Part shown: positions 39,565 through 49,690 of the stretch, in pieces
How positions within the stretch are numbered: position 1 is the stretch's first letter
How the letters are laid out: every line of letters begins with the position of its first letter
The notes under the pieces: model-generated
Database searches by the model: none
Told to the model about the DNA's origin: nothing
Seen by the model: the letters and a program-made list of their open reading frames with translations, nothing else
Made by a program: the position numbers and the translations under genes
Source of the DNA: Bigelowiella natans CCMP2755
Taxonomy: Eukaryota > Protista > Cercozoa
Reading direction: 5' to 3'
DNA length: 55,625 bases
NCBI GenBank assembly: GCA_000320545.1
Contig: ADNK01000635.1
Location: 1 to 55,625 of the forward strand

Positions 39565-40516
39565 GCGCGCAATACTCCCAATGTGCATGTGGCGAATATC
39601 GTAATTATTATTATACCTCCCGGGTAAAGAGCTTGGGGCGCAAGAAATTATGCTCATGTTGTCGCTACGATCTATGGAGGAGACAGATGCCATATCTAGG
39701 CCAGGAGACGGCGGCCGAAGGGACCTTTCCAACAAACATATTGTTGTAATGTGTATTGTCTTAAATTCCGTCCCATTTCAGTTCTCAGACGTGATTGGAT
39801 AAAATTCGGATATTATGCAATGATCACATGTAACAACGTTCATATTTCTTGTAAAAATGATTTTCCAAGTCACATTCACAATTATTGATTGGGCTGTCAA
39901 AACAACTTTTGGGGGTCGCAGCGGGGTGCTTCCGACGAATAGCATCCGACATCATTTTTACCCTAATATTTATATTCGTGTCAATCCATATTAATGCTTA
40001 GTCGTAGCATCCAATACGAGAGAAGGCAATAAATTTACATCGAGGTTGCTGCTGCTTTGATTGTTGCTGTCTTCATCTGCCCTCCCGATATTGCTTGCAT
40101 CGTCTTTGCCAATCATTATTGAGATGCCCGCTGCTGTTCCAATAGCTTAAATTATGTCGCCGTGGTTTTAAGTCCTTTGCGTTCTTGCAGCGAGCTTCTT
40201 CCATGTTGGACTCATCTGTACTGCATGGATGACTGAATGGATTGAGGCAGAGGCGCTCATGAGTGAGTTGCCGTGCGTTTCACAAAATTGTATGACCAAA
40301 TTGGCTTGTCGCACATTCCTTTTACCCACCCATTCATACCCAGAACGTTTCATAAATGCTTGAAGCTACGCTCCTTCGTCCATGTCGCGATGGCAAAATC
40401 TCATCCTTTTCCATCACAATTTCGGCTCGGTGTGAGAAGGAGAAGAAGGCCAGACCTGGTTTAAATGGAGGTGATGACACCATTACTCGAAAAGTAGAGG
40501 AGGAGGGGCCGCTGCA

Positions 40517-40803
40517 ATGGAGATTATCAACCTGACACAATCCCCCGCGCTGTCTACGAGAAGTAAGAGGAAGCTCAAGGTGTGGAAGTTTTTGTGTGGA
40601 TTGCTTGCCAAAGTCATATTTTTCTTCTTGTAGAAAACCGAAGCCACTTTACTGCCCCGTAATGAGAAAGGAAATGGTTCCAAAAGGCATAAACAGAAGG
40701 ATTATAAGACCAACGCCCACTCACTTGACTTGTTGAAGGTTCTCGGCAGAAATGAATTCAAAGCTCACAATCAGGTGCGACTATGGAAGATCACCTTCCA
40801 CAC

Positions 40804-40883
<80 letters not shown>

Positions 40884-41680
40884 CACATTAATTTTCATGT
40901 TGTCTTTTCCCAAGCGATGCTTGTAAAAGAAATAGAGAGCGAGGAGAAATTTTGAACGTAAAATGCATAGATTTCACATCACAAACACAGGGAAGCGAAC
41001 CAACATGTACAGCCCATGCAGTCACCGCTGTACATGAGATACTGATTGGGAAGAGACTACACTTTCGAGATATTGTCACCGGACGAGAGGTAGATGAGGA
41101 TGGTACGACAGGTGATGCAAGATATAATTATCTTGAGGTTCAATGGTCTAAGCTATTTACCTACCCAAATTTTATTAATGTTCCAGTTACAAAGTTGTCT
41201 AGAATTCTGCACAAGAAGGGCCAGCGTGAAAAGAGCAAATCTGGAAAAGTACTTCCAACATGGCACAAACTTAGGTACTTGAAATAGAATAGTTACATAA
41301 TCTCTGGTCCACCTTAATTGCATAGATATAATACACAATTTAGGTTTAAGTCCGTAGACATTGGCATTTCTACTGTAAAGAAAGCGCTTAAGCGAGGCTT
41401 ACCGATCGTGGCTGGTGTGTTAAATTTCACCACGAATGGTGTTGCAGTAGCCAATCTCACGCTAAAGAACTCAAAAAATGCTGATTCCGGAAAGCATTCT
41501 ATTGTCATAACGGGTTATGATGAGAGAGGAAATTCTGAGGGAGGAGGGTTGCTCAAAGTTCTTAACAGTCATGGAAATAGTTGGGGCAATGATGGGTTCG
41601 GCACAATGTCATACGGTTTTTTCTTGGCAAATGCAATTGAAATTCATGTCCCAGCAGTGGCAAAAAAAAAGAAAGCATGA
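40517..41680 (+). CDS. Papain-like cysteine peptidase (clan CA, C1-like), no obvious signal peptide
   Basis: Oxyanion Gln and catalytic Cys in QTQGSEPTCTAHA; VKKALKRGLPIVAG; catalytic His in GKHSIVITGYDE; Asn in VLNSHGNSWGNDGFGTMSY. Intron ~41275-41343. 5' exons upstream of 40915 are tentative. Confidence 0.8.
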
Positions 41681-41792
41681 GTTTTTTTGCGAGACGGATG
41701 TAATGAAGTGATTAAATCTTTTCAATGGTCATCCCAATGTAGCCATGAAAAGCAGCGTTTGCATGAGTTTGTTTGCAGATCCCCCACAAAGT

Positions 41793-41821
41793 TCAAGATA
41801 TGTGCACTTTTCACATCCACA
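41793..41821 (+). repeat. 29-bp dispersed repeat, second copy at 51500-51528
   Basis: tcaagaTAtgtgcacttttcacatccaca versus tcaagaTGtgtgcacttttcacatccaca (28/29 identical). Confidence 0.85.
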
Positions 41822-42495
41822 CGGATCTCTAGTCTGTCGCGGGCTAGCGGGCGCAATCGTGCGCACATCACCGACATCATCGCAAGTACATATATCTGCG
41901 AAACATCGTGAATTGGTGTCTGAGGGTGCAAAACCCGCTGCCTTGATGATGCCTGCTGGGGTCGAAGATGGATTGCATTCACAGAGACCTCAGTTGCAAA
42001 GTTCTAGATTTGTTTGGTTTTGTGCATGTTTGTCTAGAATTTGAATCATCACATTATAGTATTGACGAGAGGATGTTAAAAAATATGAATATATTCCACA
42101 GCTTGCTATCATCTATATGACGTAATGAGTAGGCCCTATGCTCTACATGCAACAAACATGGCTAAACTCTTGCGCTTGTCGCGCGCATATGGAAGTAGTA
42201 AAGAGACTATATTACGCTGTGTGCGGGCATGATGCAAGTTTAATCGCGATGCAAAGCTTCATCGTTGGAAACTACTTCTTTTCGTCGCATTGGCTTCCTT
42301 TTATTATTTTATCAAATTTCGGATAAGTATGCATGTATTAGGAATGCTCTCCGCCTGCTCTTTTCAGTGGCTACAAATATTAACGCATACAACGTACATC
42401 ATGGTTTTATTTCTTTGATATTCTAAGCAGTTGGAAGTCTGCTGAAGATAGTCGGTAGGTAGCAGTGTGTTCCACATTAATCATTTCTCGCTTTT

Positions 42496-44247
42496 TCACT
42501 TCTCCTTCGGATCAACATCAACCTCGTATTTCTCCACCGACTTCATCATTAGAGTGTATGGAGTAGGTAGTTTGTCTCCCTTCATGAGCGCCTTAAGAAC
42601 GTCAGACGAAAACCCAGACACCATGACCACCCCTGGTGCGTCCTTATCGACTGGGAAGGAGCTTTCTGCTGAGCGGAGATTCCAAAACACGACAGTGGGG
42701 AGTTCATACCCCGCAGCGGAAAATTTGGCTTTGGCAGTATCGTAGATGGTTGTGTATTTGTCGTTCGCTTTCTTGGCTTCATTAAATTGCATATCCGTAA
42801 ACACGAAGAGGGTCTTAGGAAGTGCTTCCTGCGGGAGTTTGCACTCCGTTGCGACATCAAGTATTAAGTTGAAGACTCCTTCCATGTCTGTACTATTTCC
42901 CCAACTCATTTTAGAGACGTCGTCAACCATCTTCTCCAAAGACCCGCTTTCGACGGGAACCTTATGCCAAGAGGGCTTTTCGGAGAAAGTAATTAATCTC
43001 CCTTGGAAAGGCTTGTCCGAAAGCTGAGCAATAAGGATTCCAAGCGCAATAGAGACCTGCATTGGCACGCCCTCCATACTACCAGAGACATCTGAGACAG
43101 CTACCGCATCTTTCAAATGCCCTGCTTTGCGGAGGTCATCAACAAGGGCCTTCCACTGAAGTTCCACTGTTTTACCATCGTCAGTATTGCTCACTGTTGC
43201 TGGCTTAGGAGCACCGCATATTGTACAGGAGTGAGCGTCTTCAGGGTTGAGAAACGTACAGGCACTGCATGACCACTCTCCTGCTTCTCCTTTCGGAGCA
43301 AGTTTATGCTTCAGAAAGTAATTGACAAGCTCGTGTGGCTGCATTCCTTTCGAATTTATCTTTTTTTTTCCTTTGGCTACGTCATCACAATACGCTTCAT
43401 ACTCCTCTGCTGCGTGCTTCCGAAATGCCGATTTGTAAAGATTGTGGGCCCGAGAAGGAACCTTAGAGAAGTCTATGCGCTTCCATTCGCCTTTTGACAT
43501 ACGGGTTTCAATTAAATTTATTTTCTTGCGGAGAGAGCTTACACTTTTGCGGTACGTGGCCCTGTATGCTTCGTCATCGGGAAACATGTGAGCAGCCAGA
43601 CGCTTTGAGAGCTTCTTTGATTTGTCAAACTTTGACCCTTCTGAGGGCGCCCATTTTGCCGCAAGAGTTATGGAAGTACCTTTTTTCTTAGCCTTCTCCT
43701 TGCCCACATCGTCAGCAGATTTGGCTTCCTTCCCCTCAGATTTATTCTTTCCATCGTCGTTATTCTCCTCTCTCTTCTCTTTCAAAGAGGCGAGGTCCTT
43801 CTGCAAAGTCTCTGCAAATAGCTCAAGCTCGATAACTTCTTTATTTCCACCCGCCTTTTCTTCATTTTCGTCGGGTGCCAGCTCAAGAAGATCCCGGAAA
43901 CAGCCCAAGTCGACAAATTTTTGCAGATTTCCTGCATAGGTCCTCGGTTTGTTTTTGCGCAACCATTTCATCACATTGAACACGCACTTACGCTCGCCCT
44001 TTCCCCCTCGGCAGTCACGCGCATGCATAATAATCTTCAGTGCTACAGCTGCGTCCTCCTTCCATGCGTCCTGAAACATTTCCACCGACTTACTCTCCCC
44101 GCTATCCCTCAGGAGTCCTGATACAAACAAGTCCAAACATGCAGATTTTGTCGATGGATGAGCGACAGCCCCGTTCTCGGTCTTGCCTCGTCCTCCTCCT
44201 CGTCCTCCTCCTCCTCCTCGTCCTCCTTGTTGTCCGCGTCCGCTCAT
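42496..44247 (-). CDS. DUF2828-family protein (helical N-domain + vWA) with N-terminal RGG box and inserted RanBP2-type zinc finger; intronless, 583 aa
   Basis: TENGA, CLDLF, ARDCRGGKGER, ITLAAKWAPSE, IDFSKVPSRA, QPHELV, ELQW, MIDAS DVSGSM, ITFSEKP, WGNSTD, FVFTDMQF, VVFWNLR, MVSGFS. Zinc finger WSCSACTFLNPEDAHSCTICGAPKP. Confidence 0.9.
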   Translation of the reverse strand: MSGRGQQGGRGGGGGRGGGRGKTENGAVAHPSTKSACLDLFVSGLLRDSGESKSVEMFQDAWKEDAAVALKIIMHARDCRGGKGERKCVFNVMKWLRKNKPRTYAGNLQKFVDLGCFRDLLELAPDENEEKAGGNKEVIELELFAETLQKDLASLKEKREENNDDGKNKSEGKEAKSADDVGKEKAKKKGTSITLAAKWAPSEGSKFDKSKKLSKRLAAHMFPDDEAYRATYRKSVSSLRKKINLIETRMSKGEWKRIDFSKVPSRAHNLYKSAFRKHAAEEYEAYCDDVAKGKKKINSKGMQPHELVNYFLKHKLAPKGEAGEWSCSACTFLNPEDAHSCTICGAPKPATVSNTDDGKTVELQWKALVDDLRKAGHLKDAVAVSDVSGSMEGVPMQVSIALGILIAQLSDKPFQGRLITFSEKPSWHKVPVESGSLEKMVDDVSKMSWGNSTDMEGVFNLILDVATECKLPQEALPKTLFVFTDMQFNEAKKANDKYTTIYDTAKAKFSAAGYELPTVVFWNLRSAESSFPVDKDAPGVVMVSGFSSDVLKALMKGDKLPTPYTLMMKSVEKYEVDVDPKEK

Positions 44248-44706
44248 TGTGATTTCTCTCCACTCACTGTATCAATCAGTTCCTCAGAAAGTCGGCAGCG
44301 GCGTATCGTTCTCACCGGCTTGCTAAAACTTGGGTCATTGTAGCAAAATGGCATGCGTTTTGCTTGTTTAGCGTCGAACAGTCCAGGACCACGCTGGGAT
44401 TGCTCGCACAAGATTTGCGGAACGCGTGCGGCTCAGAAAGAAAGCATCCACGCTTTGCACTGCGCCATGACCAAAACTGTGTCGCGAAGCTGGAAAGCTC
44501 CCTTTCAACAATGGTTCGGAAAGAAAGAGAAATTTCGAAAAACAATTTAGTAAACAATCTGGCCATGAATTAGGTGTCTTTCACAACAAATAGCAGGCCT
44601 TTTTTTGTATTACACCTCCCGAGATTTTCTCTTCGGCATCTCCATCGAAGAAGAACAGGCCCTTGCGGAACAGACCTCTTCTTGATCGCTCACAATTCAA
44701 GAAGAG
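44248..44706. promoter_or_regulatory. 459-bp bidirectional promoter/5'UTR region with several inverted repeats
   Basis: Lies between divergent ATGs at 44247 and 44707. Stems AGGTGT/ACACCT (44572-44617), TCTTCG/CGAAGA (44630-44651) and a perfect 10-bp CTCTTCTTGA/TCAAGAAGAG (44676-44706). Confidence 0.55.
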
Positions 44707-46347
44707 ATGAGCAAGCAGCAAGAAAAGACAAGTAAGCAAGAACAAGTGGGCAATATGACCCGCACTGAGAATGGCGCGTGGGCATTCGGCACCACTGAGT
44801 CGAAAGTCCTGGACCTCTTCTCTTCCGGCCTCCTACGTGACACCTCTGATGGTGGTGCACAGGGAATGTTCAAGGATGCTGTTGGTGAAGATCCAGAGCT
44901 TGCTTTAAAGGTTTTGATGAACGCTCGTGATTGTCGTGGAGGCAAGGGTGAGAGGCGAGTGGTTCTTTGTTGCTTGGAATGGCTACGCTCTAAATATCCG
45001 CGAACCTACGAGGCGAATCTTGAGGCATTCGTGAATGTTGGGACATACCGTGACCTACTCGATATTGTGAGCCGTGTTTACAAAAAAAAGACCTCGCAAT
45101 CATCCGAATTAGAGGATGTGACGAAGGCTCCTGAGCTGAAACTATATTGTAATCAATTAGTTGCAGACTCAGAGATGGTCATTGCATCAAGCGATTCTAA
45201 ACATGTAGGAGGCGAGGACAGTAAAGAAGGAAATCACGGTGCGAAGAAAAAAACAAGTAAATCTTCTATTTCTCTTGCCGTGAAGTGGGCCCCAAGTGAG
45301 CGTAAGAAATATGACAAAACTCTGAAGCTTGCAAAAACTATGGCCAAAATGATTTTCCCCAACGATAAAAGACCCCGTATGAGATACAGAAAAATGCTCT
45401 CGCGTTTGCGAAAGCGCCTCAACCTAGTGGAAAATAAAATGTCGAGCAAAATGTGGAATATGATAGATTTCGCTTCAATTCCAGCAAAGGCCCATAGCAA
45501 CTACAAAAAAGCTTTCCAGCGTCATTGTGAGAACTATGATGACTATTTGAGAGCTGTTAAGCGCGGCGAAAAAGAAATTAAGTCCACAGGCCTCCAGCCT
45601 CATGACCTAATTAGACCGTATCTTTCCCGTGGAAGAACTGACATGACAACTGAAGCCCAGTGGCAGTCCCTTGTAAAGAGGATTGCTGCGAAGGGTAGCC
45701 TGCAGGACGCCATAGCAGTAGTCGATGTATCGGGAAGCATGTCAGGCACTCCTATGGAGGTTGCGATAGGTCTTGGACTTCTCGTTTCACAACTGGTGAG
45801 TCCACCATACAGAGGACGTCTAATCACATTTGATTCGGATCCCTCATGGCATAAGGTGCCCATCAACCAGTCTCTTCGGGAGCAGGTTGAGAGTGTTAGA
45901 AGGATGGAATGGGGGTATTCAACCAACATTTCCAAAGTATTCAAAATGATACTTGGCGTCGCACTCGAGGCGCATTTGCCACAAGAGGCCCTACCGAAGG
46001 TTCTGTTTATTTTCTCGGACATGCAATTCGATGCGGCTAGCGCGCAGGACGACTATAAGACAGTCCACGAACGGGCCAAGGAATCATTCGCATCCCATGG
46101 TTACGAGATTCCTCAAATCGTGTATTGGAATCTCCGAGATTCAGAGTGTCGAGCTCTACCTGCCCAGGCCAACACTCCCGGTGTTGCAATGGTGTCAGGA
46201 TTTTCTCCCGACTTATTGAATGTCTTTTTGGATGGTGGTGGGATTGATCAATTCTCCCCATACAACATCATGCTGAAGGCGATTAAGAAGTATAAGGTCA
46301 CTCTAGATCCTCAAGAGTTTTCTGGAGATGTGGAGAAAACAAAATAG
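44707..46347 (+). CDS. DUF2828-family protein (helical N-domain + vWA); intronless, 546 aa
   Basis: TENGA, VLDLF, ARDCRGGKGER, ISLAVKWAPSE, QPHDLI, EAQW, DVSGSM, ITFDSDP, WGYSTN, FIFSDMQFD, IVYWNLR, MVSGFS; paralogue of 42496-44247. Confidence 0.9.
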   Translation: MSKQQEKTSKQEQVGNMTRTENGAWAFGTTESKVLDLFSSGLLRDTSDGGAQGMFKDAVGEDPELALKVLMNARDCRGGKGERRVVLCCLEWLRSKYPRTYEANLEAFVNVGTYRDLLDIVSRVYKKKTSQSSELEDVTKAPELKLYCNQLVADSEMVIASSDSKHVGGEDSKEGNHGAKKKTSKSSISLAVKWAPSERKKYDKTLKLAKTMAKMIFPNDKRPRMRYRKMLSRLRKRLNLVENKMSSKMWNMIDFASIPAKAHSNYKKAFQRHCENYDDYLRAVKRGEKEIKSTGLQPHDLIRPYLSRGRTDMTTEAQWQSLVKRIAAKGSLQDAIAVVDVSGSMSGTPMEVAIGLGLLVSQLVSPPYRGRLITFDSDPSWHKVPINQSLREQVESVRRMEWGYSTNISKVFKMILGVALEAHLPQEALPKVLFIFSDMQFDAASAQDDYKTVHERAKESFASHGYEIPQIVYWNLRDSECRALPAQANTPGVAMVSGFSPDLLNVFLDGGGIDQFSPYNIMLKAIKKYKVTLDPQEFSGDVEKTK

Positions 46348-46559
46348 TCAGTACAAGGAGAATTTAACACATGCAAGGATACTTTGGTCGATATCATATG
46401 AAATGGATTGAAACCTCCATCGAGTATGGCTATTCTTAATTTTTTAAAGAACATGAACAATGAATTAATTCTATGTTTGAGCAGTAAAATGCATACCTCC
46501 ATGTAATTTTGAAGAACAATCATTAAATGATAAAGTCATTCGTTTTGTTATTAGTAGTT

Positions 46560-47830
46560 GTCTATGCATCGCATCGCATGAAGCCGGCACATCGCATCGA
46601 AATCGACGTTTATGTCTCGCCATGGTTTGACTTTGCCGTTGAGCCGGCTGACTGTCAAGTGATGGTTAGTAGCACTGTCTAGCTGTGTGTTGTCACATGC
46701 GCGCACAAGTTGAAGGGACACATGTCCCAACAACACCGTGCGTGGTTTGGTTCATGGATTCGGCGAGGCGGTCACTTCCACCGACGAACTTGGGTTCATG
46801 CAAGTGTTCATTGAGAAGTCCGCATGACATGAAACATTGAAAGCATTCATGGCCTCACCAAATGATGAGGTGTCCACTGTGGTGCCATTTAGCCATGCTG
46901 CGCTCGCGGCTAGATCGTATCGACGACCAGATGCAGGGTGCGGCGCAGCTGTGTGCGCGAGTAGCAATGATGAGACTGCACTAGTCTAGCACTGCACGAT
47001 GTCGCCCAATCGCATCTCTACGTCTGGAAGACATGGGCTACTAGGCTAGATGGGGGTGCACGTGCCATGTCCATCACGCAACAGGTAGCAGGCACAGCAA
47101 TCTCGTGACACAAGCAAGTCACGTCGCATGCACATTGCATCAATTCATTGAGTCTGCCATGTTGTGTGAGTCTGCTGACCTGAAAGAGTCTCGCATCGCC
47201 CGCATCTTGTGCACAAATTGATCCAGTTGATCCTTGCTGCCCTTTTTTGGAAGTTCACCTCCTCTTCTCACGAAGGTTGCTGGCACACCATGCCCTCGCA
47301 AGGAAGTCCTCACATGATGCTCACCCACGTCAATCCGCTGTCGAACGAGTGAGTGCAAGAAAGGAAGCAGCGACTTCAAAACAAGAAGTTGACTCGGGTT
47401 CAGGTGGATGGATGAACGAATGAACGAGCGTGAAGCACTTCCAGTGATGCAGTCAAAAGGACTTGGGACCACTCTGGCACTGGACGTGCTCGATGAATGC
47501 GGATGGCCTGAAGAAAGAAAGGAAAAAAACATTGAGACAATGAAACGCTGATCATGATTTGAAACTCGAAGCGCCGCAAACGTGCCTCAACACAAACAAA
47601 TGCACAAACAAACAAACAAACAAACGTGACGAAGAACTACACTTCTAAAATGAGGCAAGACATCTGTTTGCAATGAGAACAATGAGAACAATGATTGCAG
47701 AGTGCGAAACGCAGTGCCTCGAACACGATTTGGACAATGAACACACGATGATGAACGTGCGGACAAAAAATCACATCCAGAGCAAGAATGTGATTTTCTT
47801 CTGCGACATGGTTGGCCCTTCAATTTCATC
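46560..47830. mobile_element. Degenerate repeat/TE-like block C, TpA-depleted
   Basis: No TA seen in ~47090-47636; surviving TAs elsewhere are almost all in TAG/CTA/CTAG. Carries an inverted copy of the GTTCGAGGCAC unit at ~47620-47724. Confidence 0.55.
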
Positions 47831-48081
47831 TAAATTCCAGGGGGATTCTTACGAGATTAATACCGATATAGTTTCCCTCGCAAAAAAGGCTCCCCACTGT
47901 CCGCTCAGCCAAAAAGAATCGAATTCAACTTCACAACCAAGCCAGCTCCTTTTCGCGAGGTGGGATCGAAACTTTCATTTTCTTGTTTCATGTTACGATT
48001 GCTTTGCTCCGACCATCATACTTTTCAGTAACGCTAAATACCATCATACAGAACAGTCACCGGAGTTCCTGCTTGGCTGAC

Positions 48082-49624
48082 ATGGATATTGATGCCGATT
48101 TGGAGCTTCTCTATGATGTCAATGCAGAATTGGAGGTCTTAAAAGATTTGGAGGTGCTTGATGAGCAAAATTCCGTGGAATCAGTTGATAAAAACAAAGT
48201 CAAAGAGGACAACAACAGTATTCCGAACATAATGGGGCTCGAGGGCTGCGAATCCTCGGAGTCAGATTCGATCCAAAGCCCACCGAAAAACAAGGAGGAG
48301 AAACCCATTAAAAAGGTCGGCAAGGAAGCCGAACGTAAACCTCTCGTTAGGCTAATAAAGAGAAATAGAAATATCTCCAAACCAATCGAGGCAAAATCCT
48401 TGACCAAATCGAAGGCTGTCAACAAGGACCCACCACAAAAATCGCAGGAAAATACATTCACAGAAGAATTTTCCGGTGTACGAGTCAAGAATCGTGTCGT
48501 AGGATCGGCTGACTTGCGTGGGAGACTGTCAAACGTGAAGGTTGTCAAAGTGGGTGCCGCAGTCTCCTACGCTTCCTCACATCCAAATGCAGACTTCGCA
48601 GTGATCGGCATCGTGGCGAACAAGAGCGACGCTCGTGAAACGAAGCGAGGCGATAAGTTCGCAATCTGGAGACTCACCGATTTTAGCCGCGAAATCACCG
48701 TTTTTCTGTTTGGAGACGCGTTCAAGCGGTGGTGGGATGTCCGGCTGGGTTCTCTCGTATGTCTTGGCAAGCCTGCCCTCAAGGACTCCTCCACGAACTA
48801 TTCCACCCCCGCATTCTCCGTCCAATACGAGGCCCAACTGCTCAAAATCGGAGTGGCGATGGACTTTGGGTTCTGCAGGGGATACCGAAAGGACTCGATG
48901 GAGCGCTGCAAGCACTACATCAACACGCGATCGCGCCAGTTCTGCGATGTCCATATTCGCAAGGAATACACCAGAAAGATGGGGAGGCGGATGGAGCTTA
49001 ATCATCAGAGTCAGCGCAGAGTTTGGAAGAAGCCAAGACACGCCGAATCTGCCGCAACGAAGTCTTCCAGCTTCATGGGTGGAACTACTAGAAAGCAGAG
49101 TAGTCGCAGTAGTAGCAGGGGTATTATAGTAGGAGGGGCGGTGACAGGGGGCTCACGCTATAGTCGCCAGCAGCTTCTCCCCGCTGCTGCAAAAGGGAAC
49201 GGGAAAAAGAAAACCATGGATACAATCCTGAAAGAGTCGCATCAGGGCACCAACAAGTCCCGCTTTGCAAAGCGGCTTGTGCGCTCTAGTGCGGCCTTGA
49301 AATTGGGTGTCGCGTCATCACCATCAGCAGCAGTTGCTTCCTCTGCCAAGACACATGCTGCTAAGAAGATGACGGGCAAGAAGGGACTCGCTGTATCTAC
49401 GAAGCCAGTCCTAAAGAAGTCGTCTTCATCGTCTAAGAAGAAGGGGACAATCAGCCAGAACGCTCTGTCGAAAAAGAATCATCATCAGGATAAGGTACTA
49501 CCGCGATATATATATTTATATATATATATTTATATATTTATTTATATATTTATATAATATAGAAATATATATTACGCACTGCACCATTCAACTTACTCAT
49601 TATTCAATGCGCTGCCTATACTGT

Positions 49625-49690
<66 letters not shown>

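Noticed and set aside
39900-40400. Possible minus-strand gene fragment
   Set aside because: Stops in every frame, no clear splice path and no recognisable motif.
42467-46261. Antisense or alternate-frame ORFs over the DUF2828 genes (likewise over MCM10 and the kinase)
   Set aside because: Shadow ORFs of well-supported coding sequences.
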